Shown piece by piece: positions 7,992 to 17,881 of a stretch of 64,000 bases of DNA. A program made the position numbers and the translations under genes. Location of the stretch: positions 1-64,000 of IMG/VR virus record IMGVR_UViG_3300044681_000369; one strand, given 5' to 3'. The notes below the pieces were generated by a model, which saw only the letters and a program-made list of their open reading frames with translations, did no database searches and was not told where the DNA came from. Position 1 is the stretch's first letter. Each line of letters opens with the position of its first letter. Origin of the DNA: a virus.

Positions 7992-9574
7992 ACTCTAGTC
8001 AAATCTTCTGCTCGGGTTATTAATAGTTCTTGATTTATAGGTAAAAAGCCAGCAATATATTTAAATATTAATGTTTCGGTAATATCTTTCGGGCTTTTAA
8101 CTCGTATTGCATTTGCATCAGTATTTATTGCTGAATGCCATCCAGTATCACTATCTTCAAAAATAATAGTTTTTCTAGGCTCATACTTTAGTTTATCGAT
8201 AATGTACTTATACATGTCTGGAGAAGGTTTGGGTTTAAGTCCGTCTTCGTTGCAAACGTATTCATCGATAAGTTCCAATAGCCCAAGTTTTTCCAATAGT
8301 AATAACGTTGTGCTTCTAATGCAATTTGTGACAACAACTATTTTGTTGCCTTCACCAGATTTTATGGATTTAAATACAGCTTGTAAGTTTTCATCTATGC
8401 TAACAGCAGTCTCAATCCTATCTCTTGTGAACTGTTGTTTTCTAGCATTAATCATTTCGAAATGTTCTCTCGACAGACCCTTTTCTACGCTTAACCTTTC
8501 TAATTTTTGTTTTGTAGAAGTACCTTCGTATTGCAGTCTTTCTTCAGGAGTAATAACATATTCTTTTCCTACCGTACAACTAATTGCATCATTAAGAGCA
8601 TCATAATGAAGGTCCATTGTATCAACTAAAGTTCCATCAAGATCAAATGCAAACAAATGATTTTTTATGTCTATACGAGTTCTCAATTTGTCCAAAGGTA
8701 ATCCTCTATTTCTGCATTTTACCCAAATGCCCCATTTTCTATTAACATCTGCAAATGTTTCGTTATGATTTGCTGGAAACCGGTTTATTTGTGGATGTGC
8801 TATTCTTTTTGTTCGTTGATCTTTCCAAGTAACATTTACATACTCATTGAAGTGGTCTAACTCAACTAAACCGGGAAACTCTACACACTTAAAATTTCCT
8901 TTTTGAGTTGCTTCTCCTAACCAACCATGCCAATTATATCGTTTTGATGTATCGGTGTTTATCCAATAAGTATGTAGATGATCGAAGTATTTCTTTATCG
9001 TGTCCGATGAAGCAAAAAAGAAAACGTCAGTTAAGAAACCACTTTCTCTAAATGGTCTTCTCTCATATACACCTATAAGATTTTTGTTTATAAAATTTTT
9101 GACAGCTTGCGGGCAAAACGTAAAACCGGAATCAGGAAAAAACAAATCTGGTCTTAGCATGAAAACATAGTCAAACTTGCCATGTTCCTTTTCAAGTTCT
9201 CGTAGATATTCGATTGCGAGTTTCCAAGATACCATAATTGGAGGTAATTGCTTTTTGCCGCCATCAACTGCATATTTTTTTGCGTATTTTGATAAATCGG
9301 ATCTTGACTGCATTCGAATGTGAAGTGGCAGATTGATATTGTGGTCAAGAAAAACTTTTTGTATATCAGACTTGGCAATCGGAAATGTTTCCCAATTAGG
9401 TTGCAATGCCAGACCAGAAATAGGATTAGCAGTTGTTGTCTCATTCCAGGTACTGAAAGCAATAGAGACATCAAAGTGTGTTGTTGCTAGAAAAGGAAAA
9501 TGCGACTTTAGGCAATACTCAAAGGTTCGGTATTCTCCGTTATATAATATCAGAACTTTTTGCTTATTGATCAT
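7988..9574 (-). CDS. Putative glycosyltransferase-like domain fused to HAD phosphatase
   Basis: N-terminal GEYRTF...RPDL...DVFF; C-terminal FDLDGTL, KPKPSP, FEDS. Confidence 0.75.
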   Translation of the reverse strand: MINKQKVLILYNGEYRTFEYCLKSHFPFLATTHFDVSIAFSTWNETTTANPISGLALQPNWETFPIAKSDIQKVFLDHNINLPLHIRMQSRSDLSKYAKKYAVDGGKKQLPPIMVSWKLAIEYLRELEKEHGKFDYVFMLRPDLFFPDSGFTFCPQAVKNFINKNLIGVYERRPFRESGFLTDVFFFASSDTIKKYFDHLHTYWINTDTSKRYNWHGWLGEATQKGNFKCVEFPGLVELDHFNEYVNVTWKDQRTKRIAHPQINRFPANHNETFADVNRKWGIWVKCRNRGLPLDKLRTRIDIKNHLFAFDLDGTLVDTMDLHYDALNDAISCTVGKEYVITPEERLQYEGTSTKQKLERLSVEKGLSREHFEMINARKQQFTRDRIETAVSIDENLQAVFKSIKSGEGNKIVVVTNCIRSTTLLLLEKLGLLELIDEYVCNEDGLKPKPSPDMYKYIIDKLKYEPRKTIIFEDSDTGWHSAINTDANAIRVKSPKDITETLIFKYIAGFLPINQELLITRAEDLTRV

Positions 9575-10275
9575 TTTGGTCTTCTTATTTCAATGCTGTT
9601 GCTTGAGACAATCTTGTCGAAATGCACCTGTTTATATTTAAACTCGTTCTTTATCCACCAGTGCCATTCCGCACCAAGTCTTTCATTAATAGTGTTTTTA
9701 TCATATTCTGTATAATAATGTTCAATTTGATTATATATTTCTTTTGACTTTCCAAAAAAATAATAATCTTGTAGAGTGTTCTCATAGTCTGGCGCAGTGG
9801 GCAGTATATTAAACAAATGTGTTAACATTTCATCATCGGACAAATATTTTAAATTGGCTTCAACATTAAACTGCAAATCAGGACGAGTTAAGAATATATA
9901 GTCGTACTGTTTGGGTAAACTTTTCGCAAAATCAATAGCAAGTTTCCATGAAATCATTAGAGGAAACAGATTATATTTTTTTGGCGTATCGTAGTCATGA
10001 ATTGCCACTCTTAGCGGTAAATCAAAAAAATTTGCCTTAAATGCATCTCTTATTCTTTGCTCACTTACTGGCGATAATGGCAGTTCTCTCGTAACCGCAG
10101 GTCGCCTAATCCTATGATTATGCGTCTTAGTTTTATTCCAAGTAGAAAATGCAACCTCAACATCAAACAAAGGTGTGTTTAAAAAGTTATGTGTACATAG
10201 ACACTCTTCAAACGTTCTATACTCTCCATAGTAAAGAACAAGAAGACTTGGCTTATTGTGGTCTGTATGGATCAT
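9571..10275 (-). CDS. Putative glycosyltransferase-like protein, paralog of the N-domain of 7988-9574
   Basis: Shared GEYRTFE, AFSTWN, SWKLAI, RPDL blocks. Confidence 0.65.
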   Translation of the reverse strand: MIHTDHNKPSLLVLYYGEYRTFEECLCTHNFLNTPLFDVEVAFSTWNKTKTHNHRIRRPAVTRELPLSPVSEQRIRDAFKANFFDLPLRVAIHDYDTPKKYNLFPLMISWKLAIDFAKSLPKQYDYIFLTRPDLQFNVEANLKYLSDDEMLTHLFNILPTAPDYENTLQDYYFFGKSKEIYNQIEHYYTEYDKNTINERLGAEWHWWIKNEFKYKQVHFDKIVSSNSIEIRRPK

Positions 10276-10753
10276 AAAATCTTCCCCAAAGCCAGCCAGC
10301 CGGCAATATAAAAGTTAACGGATCTACCAAGTGTGTTTTGCCGTTTGGTTCAACACACCAAGCCCTTCTCCTCTGTCTAGCTTTTATTGACATTAAGTTT
10401 CTTGTTTCCCAAGTATGTCTTCTTGCATACATTGGATTTGCATCAAATCGTCTTGTGCCTCGCATTGTACGTTTAATCTTAATTTTGGTTTCTTCTGCTA
10501 GTCCACCCCAGTTCGGATTATTACTCCCCGATAGCGAGTTCGAAATCTTACGTCTCGTCTCTTCTGAGTGTTGTCTTCTTTTTCTCTGAGTTACTTTATC
10601 GATTATCAAAAGACCAAAGCCCAGAAGTTCTGCCTTCTCCCTAATGATCTCTATATTTGAGTTCTGGAGAAGGAGTTCTCTGGGCTTTGGAACTTTAAGT
10701 GGACTATTTACAATCCACAACTCTTTCTTATGTTGAAATAGAAAGAATCTCAT
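10253..10753 (-). CDS. NUMOD3-motif DNA-binding protein
   Basis: HSEETRRKIS, NPNWG, NPMY...HTWET repeats; no evident nuclease domain. Confidence 0.65.
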   Translation of the reverse strand: MRFFLFQHKKELWIVNSPLKVPKPRELLLQNSNIEIIREKAELLGFGLLIIDKVTQRKRRQHSEETRRKISNSLSGSNNPNWGGLAEETKIKIKRTMRGTRRFDANPMYARRHTWETRNLMSIKARQRRRAWCVEPNGKTHLVDPLTFILPAGWLWGRFYDPYRPQ

Positions 10754-11135
10754 TTATTCTACCTCTATCCAGTAATGTCAATTCATGTTCTCTATCTATA
10801 AATTTATATTCGAAATTTACAGGCAAAAAACACTGAAATGCATCAAATACATCTTTTGGATTTAGTGTAGAACAAGTATAAACATCTAGTTGCATCAACG
10901 CTGGATCAACTTCATCCCATACATGCAATGCAATGTGTGAAGTTTCTATGATAGTTACTGCCGTTAGCCCTCGGTTGCCTGGCATATCAGAATATGCGGC
11001 ATAGGGTCCCATCATTATTTTCATGCCAATTTTTCGCACAAGATTTTCCATCCAAGGAATAATTTCCGTGGTCGAAACCGGAGGCTTGCGAAGATTTGCA
11101 CGAACTATTAGGTGCTTGTGTTCGAGGATTGGCAT
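10728..11135 (-). CDS. speD: S-adenosylmethionine decarboxylase proenzyme
   Basis: HLIV, ETSHIALH self-cleavage site, DVYTC. Confidence 0.9.
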   Translation of the reverse strand: MPILEHKHLIVRANLRKPPVSTTEIIPWMENLVRKIGMKIMMGPYAAYSDMPGNRGLTAVTIIETSHIALHVWDEVDPALMQLDVYTCSTLNPKDVFDAFQCFLPVNFEYKFIDREHELTLLDRGRINEILSIST

Positions 11136-11171
11136 TTACCATGTGAACCTTTCTAAAATAGGCAGAGCTTG

Positions 11172-11179
11172 TATTTATA
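11172..11179 (-). promoter_or_regulatory. T4-type late promoter upstream of speD
   Basis: TATAAATA. Confidence 0.7.
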
Positions 11180-11978
11180 ATGGATTTTGCCATATCGAAT
11201 CGATGTGATCTTGACCCCAAACCTCAACAGCAAAATTGTAGTTATCTTGCATTCTAGGATATTCCAAGAAAATCTTTTTCTGGTCCTTCTTAGTCAGTTT
11301 ATTAGGAGCAGGAAAACTAAACTCTTTCTTCTTGAAGTTCATTGGTCTGTATTCTATACCCAGATATGTTTCCTGAAGTTTTCGCATTTCTTCTTCACAG
11401 AACATTTGCTCATGGAATTGAATGTAAACTTCTCCGAAGGCAGTAAGACTGTTTGTGACAATCTCTCTCCAAGTGGGAATACCTAGAGGTTCGAATGCTG
11501 ACAAACCTTCCTTCAGAACAACATCGGCAGTAATCTTGTCTTCACTAAATGTTGCCGTTCCAGAATAGTATCTGGAAATATATGCACCAATCTCTTCCAT
11601 GTTTGATGCGTTTTTGGCTAAAGACTTTTGAAACTGTGTCTGAGATAGTATCTGCGCAATCGGATCTCTCAACGTCAACACCGGCTTGCCAACAAAGCCT
11701 CTCTTATCCAATTCTCTATTAAATTCCACCAAAGATTCTAATTTGGCATATCCATTAGCCGGAGTCATGTCCGCAAGAAAAGCATTTTCTGCCTTCATGC
11801 TGGCAATCTCGTATGGCTTCCAATACTCTTCCCGTGTTTTTCCGGTATTCAAAAAGTTTTGAAAATAGAATTGTTCTTTGGAAGGACCAAACTCACCGTC
11901 GCCACGGGCTTTTAATTCCCCAAACATCCAAGTGCTTCCTGCCCTTGGCATGCCCAAATAGATCAAGAACGGCTTCAT
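11175..11978 (-). CDS. Sulfotransferase
   Basis: GMPRAGSTW 5'-PSB loop, KE, LRDPIAQILS 3'-PB. Confidence 0.8.
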   Translation of the reverse strand: MKPFLIYLGMPRAGSTWMFGELKARGDGEFGPSKEQFYFQNFLNTGKTREEYWKPYEIASMKAENAFLADMTPANGYAKLESLVEFNRELDKRGFVGKPVLTLRDPIAQILSQTQFQKSLAKNASNMEEIGAYISRYYSGTATFSEDKITADVVLKEGLSAFEPLGIPTWREIVTNSLTAFGEVYIQFHEQMFCEEEMRKLQETYLGIEYRPMNFKKKEFSFPAPNKLTKKDQKKIFLEYPRMQDNYNFAVEVWGQDHIDSIWQNPL

Positions 11979-12500
11979 TTAATTTACCGATTGCGCTGAA
12001 GATTTTTTTCTTGTGGTCTTCTTCTTAACCTCTGGTGCTTTCCATCCGGTAAGAAACTTTTCCAAAACTGTGAGACGAGGATATGTCTCAAGTAGGGCTT
12101 GATCTTTAACTAGATCAAGTAGCTCTCTTTCGCCAGTCTGCAAACCAGAACAAATCTCAATCCAGATTTCCTCTCTACGCCACTGTTGCACATTCTTTGC
12201 CGTGCCATCTGGTAGCAGAGTCAGAATGCGTCTAAACTCTTGCTTGATTGTTGTGTCGCCCATGTCTTGAGGAAGTTGGTCGTCCTTTACCGGAGTTGTT
12301 CCATCAGGCAAATTATATGGACCTTGCTCATAGCCAACACCCCATGCTAGAAGTCGCATGAAGATTCCTGGTCCAATTGAAACGGAACAATGCTTTAATC
12401 TTACGATTAATTCATCATCTTTCTTTGCATCAAGACACCACTTTAGTGCGGCATCAAGTTGTTTAAATGTAGGTAATTTTTCTGCCATATTAGAATTCAT
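11979..12500 (-). CDS. Conserved T4-like hypothetical protein
   Basis: LPDGTTP...RREEIWIE; typical position after rnh. Confidence 0.7.
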   Translation of the reverse strand: MNSNMAEKLPTFKQLDAALKWCLDAKKDDELIVRLKHCSVSIGPGIFMRLLAWGVGYEQGPYNLPDGTTPVKDDQLPQDMGDTTIKQEFRRILTLLPDGTAKNVQQWRREEIWIEICSGLQTGERELLDLVKDQALLETYPRLTVLEKFLTGWKAPEVKKKTTRKKSSAQSVN

Positions 12501-13371
12501 CCACTAGTTCAATCATTTGTTTCATACGATTAGCAATAAAGTAATTCAACAGTCCACTTCTACTGCCGGTCTTTTGAGACTCATAACTATGTATAATGTT
12601 TTGCTTGATCTCTTCTGGAATCCTAGAGAGATCAACAAGTTCACGATTGCGCTGAAAGTTGCGCCACAACTCATCGCTAGTAATAAACTGTTCTGGCAAC
12701 TGATACTTCCACTCAGCCACCTTATCATTCTTTATAGGACGCTGGCGTCCGCCAGTTACGAACACATCATCAGCAGAAAACATATTAGGAACGCCATCGC
12801 CCTTATCGCCACGAATAATGTGTTCCATTAGAACAGCCTCAGGCGGTTCAGTCAGCTTTACCCACTTCTTCTGGACAGGGGCAAATTGTTTGACATTTTT
12901 CCACTTCTGCAACTGTTCGAAGTCGTGGTCACCAGACAGGACAAGAAACGGCTCTGCATCAGGAAGAAGACCTTCAGTGTTCGAAGTCTGACTGTATTCA
13001 GCAAGGGTTGCAATAACATCATCCGCTTCTGCACCGTCAACATCAATCACTGGATAAGGGAAATGTTCATCTAACTCTGCACGAACCTGATGTAGTGCTT
13101 CAAAGATGGAATTCCAGTCAAAGCCACTATCGGCACGGCTTTTCTTACGATTTGCCTTGTAGTGCGGAAAGTATTGGCGGCGCCAGTAGTGGCGATTGTC
13201 ACACGCAATAACAATCTCACCAAATTCTTCACCAAACTTCTTCTTATAAGACCGAATGGAATTAATGATCATATGGCGAATCAACGGAAGATTTACTTCT
13301 ACGTCGGTTCTGCCGCCAAGTTCTGCCATCATGTTGCTGATGGCAACCTGATTAAAGTCAATCACTATCAT
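12490..13371 (-). CDS. rnh: T4 RNase H (5'-3' exonuclease)
   Basis: YWRR...YKANR, EADD, SGDHDF, GDKGDGVPN. Confidence 0.95.
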   Translation of the reverse strand: MIVIDFNQVAISNMMAELGGRTDVEVNLPLIRHMIINSIRSYKKKFGEEFGEIVIACDNRHYWRRQYFPHYKANRKKSRADSGFDWNSIFEALHQVRAELDEHFPYPVIDVDGAEADDVIATLAEYSQTSNTEGLLPDAEPFLVLSGDHDFEQLQKWKNVKQFAPVQKKWVKLTEPPEAVLMEHIIRGDKGDGVPNMFSADDVFVTGGRQRPIKNDKVAEWKYQLPEQFITSDELWRNFQRNRELVDLSRIPEEIKQNIIHSYESQKTGSRSGLLNYFIANRMKQMIELVDEF

Positions 13372-13699
13372 TATCTTGTTCCTGTTGTTTCAAGCCATCA
13401 CGAATGTCATTCAATAGTTTAATTTCTGGTGTAAGAACGCCTGCTTGACGCATATATGCACCAACAAGAAGAACGGCAATCACAGCAATGTCGCCGTGAA
13501 AGCCGTCATCTTTAATAGATCCAAGTCTCTTTTCTAATGCTTTAGAAATGCCAACCATACATGCGGCAGAAAAACTTTCTGCATCTTGATACGCGGCATA
13601 CTCTGTGGCACCCTCAAAAAAATATTGCAATGATTCCTTGTCAATATTTTTAGGCTTGAATCTCAAGTAATGAATATTGTTCTTGTCATCGCTCATCAA
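13358..13699 (-). CDS. Hypothetical protein
   Basis: Translationally coupled to neighbours. Confidence 0.65.
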   Translation of the reverse strand: MMSDDKNNIHYLRFKPKNIDKESLQYFFEGATEYAAYQDAESFSAACMVGISKALEKRLGSIKDDGFHGDIAVIAVLLVGAYMRQAGVLTPEIKLLNDIRDGLKQQEQDNDSD

Positions 13700-14823
13700 T
13701 TTACCTTAATAATAACTGTAGTTGCAGTGAGTCGAGGACGAACACCACTTGATTTAGTTTTAACATCTTTGTACCAGGATGTCAAGTCACTTTTGCGCTT
13801 TTTCTTGGCAAACTCCGGAATTTGTTCTTCTGGCTTACGCATAGTCTTTGATGTGGACATCTTTTCATCATACCCGATGAGAGATGCGCCCTTAACAGAG
13901 ATGCCACCGGCATACTGAGAAGCATAGTGCGACAATTTTCGGGTTTTGGTGTCATATGCCCAAACTTCACTACAATTTATAAGAGTAGTTGGATCTTCAC
14001 TGGTAATACCGAGTGTATCATCCTTAGGCAAAAACTTCAAGCCGCGTACCATTTTCTTTTTGTCAGTAGGACGCTTTTTGCGAACCTTGCCGACCTGTGA
14101 TTTGATTTGCGCCTTTGTCAGATCGTCAACATAACTGTCTAGAAGTTTGACAACCTTGTTTAGGGTGCGAGTGGGTATATGGGCGTAACCTTCGATCAAC
14201 TGAAGTTCCCAGTCGGTCAGTTCCGATTCTTTACGCTTTCGATTTTCCTGTAGTTCAACAAACTCTGCTCGAATTTCTTGGACTTTCTTTGCACATGCGC
14301 TATGGTGATTATTCAGAACCCGAAAATCGACAAGCAAGGAAGCAATTGTCTTGGGTTCCTCGTCATTAAGTAGGGCAAATATTTCATCATCTACTAGAGA
14401 CTTGACCACATCAATGGCAAGAGGAACAGAAGGCGTTTTTGGCGCCGATGGCACAGACGCATCATCTGTATCATCGGAAGTGTCAGCACGGCGCAGGGCT
14501 TCCTCTTGAACCTTTAGCCAAATCTTGGCTTTATGTTCTTCAGTAAGAGGAAACCCACGCATGGACATTCTTGCCATGTTTGCGTATGTGGAAGGTAGAA
14601 ATTTATCGGGAATGGAAGCCAGAACCTGTAGCTGGTCTTTTGTACCATTTTCCTTAAAGTAATCTTGAAGGAACCCGCGAGAAGACTTTCGGTCTCCCAT
14701 ATAACTGTACCAGTTTAGGGCTTTACCCAATTCACTTTGGTACTTGTCTTCGGGAACATCTGTCCAGGTAGGCTCATTACCTACAAACTTGACTTCTTCT
14801 AGCGGGACCTTCAATTTATACAT
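13696..14823 (-). CDS. Conserved T4-like hypothetical early protein
   Basis: LNWYSY, EGYAH, KTMRKPEE; own promoter and GAGG RBS. Confidence 0.75.
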   Translation of the reverse strand: MYKLKVPLEEVKFVGNEPTWTDVPEDKYQSELGKALNWYSYMGDRKSSRGFLQDYFKENGTKDQLQVLASIPDKFLPSTYANMARMSMRGFPLTEEHKAKIWLKVQEEALRRADTSDDTDDASVPSAPKTPSVPLAIDVVKSLVDDEIFALLNDEEPKTIASLLVDFRVLNNHHSACAKKVQEIRAEFVELQENRKRKESELTDWELQLIEGYAHIPTRTLNKVVKLLDSYVDDLTKAQIKSQVGKVRKKRPTDKKKMVRGLKFLPKDDTLGITSEDPTTLINCSEVWAYDTKTRKLSHYASQYAGGISVKGASLIGYDEKMSTSKTMRKPEEQIPEFAKKKRKSDLTSWYKDVKTKSSGVRPRLTATTVIIKVN

Positions 14824-14847
14824 GATAAACCTCTAAATCAAAAACAC

Positions 14848-14876
14848 ATAATAACACGCATCAAAGAGAATGTCAA
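14848..14876 (-). promoter_or_regulatory. Sigma70-type promoter
   Basis: TTGACA-N17-TATTAT. Confidence 0.8.
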
Positions 14877-15112
14877 CAGAATTTTACATCCTTAACCGAA
14901 TCAAATCGGAATGAACGCCATGCGCTCTTGTCCAAGTCCCAAACCGACAAGACATCCGGTGAACGGGAAGTGGTAGTTGTGGATTCAGAAACCGGAAGAG
15001 CATCATCGCGGAGAGTGCACCGCATCACTCGTTCTGTTCCGTCAACCTTGGTAAAAGTAACTTTGGCATCCTGATTCCGCAGATTAGCCTTAAGTTCGTC
15101 ACGATCAATCAT
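14873..15112 (-). CDS. SH3-like beta-barrel (WYL_2/DUF2693-type) protein
   Basis: FTKVDGTERVMRCTL...WDLDKSAWRSFR. Confidence 0.85.
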   Translation of the reverse strand: MIDRDELKANLRNQDAKVTFTKVDGTERVMRCTLRDDALPVSESTTTTSRSPDVLSVWDLDKSAWRSFRFDSVKDVKFC

Positions 15113-16130
15113 CTTTCATACTCCTAACATTGGATTTATCAATAATAAGTTTATCTTTTAGCTTTGGCGGTCTAGGCGGATCTGGTGCTGGAACACCATG
15201 TGTACTACCTGTTGGGTCATGTTTTTCCATACTAAGAACATCAGCTTCACTTTCGACCACGACCTCTCGCTTCTTAGGCACCTCTTCCCTTAATTCGGGC
15301 ATAGGTACTGTAGTTGCTTTCTGAGGTACTGTTTCCATAGTAACAGGTTCTTCCTCAGGTGTCAAGTCTTTTTTCAACTGCAACAGGGACATATTTGCCG
15401 CTATAACCAGAAGGATAGCCAGCGGGTCCAGAACGGAAATGAGAACAATTATCATCATCCTCACTGCCTGGTCGATGGTGGACTTGTCTCCAGAGCCGTA
15501 GAATAGCTCTGCTACATACTTGATCGGACCAACTTCCGCTTCTATGGACAATTGGGCGGTCTCCAGAGACTGCTTTTCGTCAAGGAGTTGATCCATCTGT
15601 GTGGTTGCCCTAGTTATGATCTCCGTAAGATTGGACCGCTCTTGCTCTTGGGACTGTCTTACCGCTATGGCACCGTCGGCACCACGAATCCTTTCGTACC
15701 TGATGAGTGTATCTACGCTCTCATCCAACTGAGACACCACACGATTGGCGTCATCGATACGTCTTTGCTGTTCGGCAATTCTAGCATCAATACGTTCAAT
15801 CTGGATACTATTGTCACCAGTTGTTACCGAATGCTCAAGGTGAGCCTTCGACAGATATCCAAAAACACCCATGGATGTGATGAATGATAACACAATCACA
15901 GCCACAGTAAAATAGATTTTTAGAAGTTTATTTGCTACTTTCCAGTTTCGATATATCCAGGACGCTGTGGTCAACTTTGCAAATTCTAGAACCGCACCCA
16001 TTGCACCAACAGCATAGACTGAGCCTGGGAAAATTGCCATAAGACCAAGTATGGCAAAATAGCCAGCAATACTAGTAATCGACAGTGCGGCAAGAAGAAC
16101 AATTGCTACGAAAAACATCCTGGAGTCCAA
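15105..16130 (-). CDS. Membrane protein with coiled coil
   Basis: Three N-terminal TM segments, coiled coil, DPLA TM segment. Confidence 0.75.
   Translation of the reverse strand: MDSRMFFVAIVLLAALSITSIAGYFAILGLMAIFPGSVYAVGAMGAVLEFAKLTTASWIYRNWKVANKLLKIYFTVAVIVLSFITSMGVFGYLSKAHLEHSVTTGDNSIQIERIDARIAEQQRRIDDANRVVSQLDESVDTLIRYERIRGADGAIAVRQSQEQERSNLTEIITRATTQMDQLLDEKQSLETAQLSIEAEVGPIKYVAELFYGSGDKSTIDQAVRMMIIVLISVLDPLAILLVIAANMSLLQLKKDLTPEEEPVTMETVPQKATTVPMPELREEVPKKREVVVESEADVLSMEKHDPTGSTHGVPAPDPPRPPKLKDKLIIDKSNVRSMKDD
15337..15365 (-). promoter_or_regulatory. Intragenic sigma70-type promoter
   Basis: TTGACA-N17-TACTAT. Confidence 0.55.
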
Positions 16131-16450
16131 TCTGGTATTTTTAATTCTTTGAGATGGGACAATCTAAGTCGGACATTCCACATATCATTAATACAGCGGG
16201 GATCGTTTCGATATTCCCACTGTAAAATGTGTTCCAATGCTTTTGCATGAGACTTACTATCATACACAGCGACAGTTTCCTTACGCATATTGCCAGTATA
16301 GTTTGTCACATAAGAAGAACTACCGAAATATTGCTCATACAATTTTTCAGACTTACATGAGTATCCGATATAGTATTTACCATCATCAAAGTATGTACAA
16401 TAAACTCTATGTACTTTCTTTTCTTTTGGTTTCTTTTTTCTTGTGGCCAT
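16106..16450 (-). CDS. Small GIY-YIG-family nuclease-like protein
   Basis: RVY...YYIG, YFGSS, E, N. Confidence 0.7.
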   Translation of the reverse strand: MATRKKKPKEKKVHRVYCTYFDDGKYYIGYSCKSEKLYEQYFGSSSYVTNYTGNMRKETVAVYDSKSHAKALEHILQWEYRNDPRCINDMWNVRLRLSHLKELKIPDWTPGCFS

Positions 16451-16499
16451 AATACACCTTTTCAATCAGTGTATTATTTATTACGCTCCAATATGGGTG

Positions 16500-16685
16500 T
16501 TATTCTTCAAACCAATCATCTGGGTCGTACTGTGCGACCTTTTCTGAACAAAAGGGGCAATATATTACTTCATATTCCTCTTCGTCCATCTCATGGTCTA
16601 CGGCAAATACTGCCTCACAAGAAAAACATTCTAAAAGTTCTTTTTCTTTCTTTTCGTCTAGAAACACTAAGATGCTACTCCCCAA
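16500..16685 (-). CDS. Small Zn-ribbon protein (start uncertain)
   Basis: CFSC...YCPFC, acidic tail. Confidence 0.65.
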   Translation of the reverse strand: MGSSILVFLDEKKEKELLECFSCEAVFAVDHEMDEEEYEVIYCPFCSEKVAQYDPDDWFEE

Positions 16686-17644
16686 ACGTCATCCCATTTG
16701 CCTGTTAGTGCACCTTTAGCATAATCTGTTGCTCTATTTTCAAAAAAGTTGGTGTGTGTAGGAGCGTTAATCATCTCTTCTACCCAGGGTAAAGGATTAC
16801 GTTTTACCTTAAAAATGCCCTTCATACCCAAAGAAATCAATCTTCGGTCCGCAATATAGCGTATGTATTTCTTAACATCTTCAGATGTCAAATTTTCCAT
16901 AACGCCCATATTAAATGACAGATCGATGAACTTGTCTTCCAACTCTACCATCTTCTCTGCTATGGTATATATCGCAGACTTGGTTTCATCATTCCAAATT
17001 TCTAAATTCTGATTTACATATTCTCTAAACAGCTTGATCATCGACTCGGCGTGTTGAGTTTCATCAACAATCGACCAAGTAACGATCTGGCCCATACCCT
17101 TCATCTTTCCGTGACGAGGAAAGTTGAGGAGCATGATGAAGGATGAGAACAGTTGCATACCTTCAGTGAAGGCTGAGAACGCCGCAATATTAGTAGCAAC
17201 CGACTGTTTCGTGCCATTCGCATTCGACAAATCTGTAAAGTAGTTGTGCTTGTCTCGCATGGCTTCGTATTCAAGAAATTCTTGATACGTTGTCTCTGGC
17301 ATTCCAAGCGTTTCAATAAGGTGTGAATATGCCGCAACATGTAATGCCTCCCTTGCCGCAAAGCCCATCAACATCATTCTAATTTCTGGCTGAGGAAAAT
17401 ATGGCAGATAGTTCTTTACATAACCGCCTGCTACGTCAATGTCGCCTTGAGTGAAGAACCGAAAAATATTTGTAAGAAAGTGCTTTTCACTTTCTGTTAG
17501 TCTCTTTTTCCAATCGTTAACGTCCTCAATCATCGGAACTTCTGTGTGAAGCCAATGTGACTGTTCGTGTTTTAACCAGGCATCATATGCCCAAGGATAG
17601 TTAAACGGCTTAAAATACGACCGCTCTTGTAAAATATCTGACAT
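16667..17644 (-). CDS. nrdB: Ribonucleotide reductase class Ia beta subunit
   Basis: FFTQGD, EALH...Y, EG, DETQH, NFFE. Confidence 0.97.
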   Translation of the reverse strand: MSDILQERSYFKPFNYPWAYDAWLKHEQSHWLHTEVPMIEDVNDWKKRLTESEKHFLTNIFRFFTQGDIDVAGGYVKNYLPYFPQPEIRMMLMGFAAREALHVAAYSHLIETLGMPETTYQEFLEYEAMRDKHNYFTDLSNANGTKQSVATNIAAFSAFTEGMQLFSSFIMLLNFPRHGKMKGMGQIVTWSIVDETQHAESMIKLFREYVNQNLEIWNDETKSAIYTIAEKMVELEDKFIDLSFNMGVMENLTSEDVKKYIRYIADRRLISLGMKGIFKVKRNPLPWVEEMINAPTHTNFFENRATDYAKGALTGKWDDVWGVAS

Positions 17645-17880
17645 TATGCCTCCGTTGCCCAATTCACTAGTTGCTCATACCCACCAACATACTCACCATT
17701 AATCCAAATCTGCGGAACAGTCGTAACAGTTGGTAATTCTGCTTTAATATCTTCCCATGTACAATCTTTACCTAATACTAATTCGGTATATTGAATTTCC
17801 ATACCTTTCATAAACTCTTTTGCTTGCACACAATATGGGCAATCTGGTTTAGATACTATTTGGGCAAAGTATTGTGGCAT
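17644..17880 (-). CDS. Glutaredoxin
   Basis: CPYC, TVPQI, GGY. Confidence 0.92.
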   Translation of the reverse strand: MPQYFAQIVSKPDCPYCVQAKEFMKGMEIQYTELVLGKDCTWEDIKAELPTVTTVPQIWINGEYVGGYEQLVNWATEA

Positions 17881-17881
17881 G

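Noticed and set aside
10253-10753. Active homing endonuclease
   Set aside because: NUMOD3 repeats only; no GIY-YIG or HNH catalytic motif
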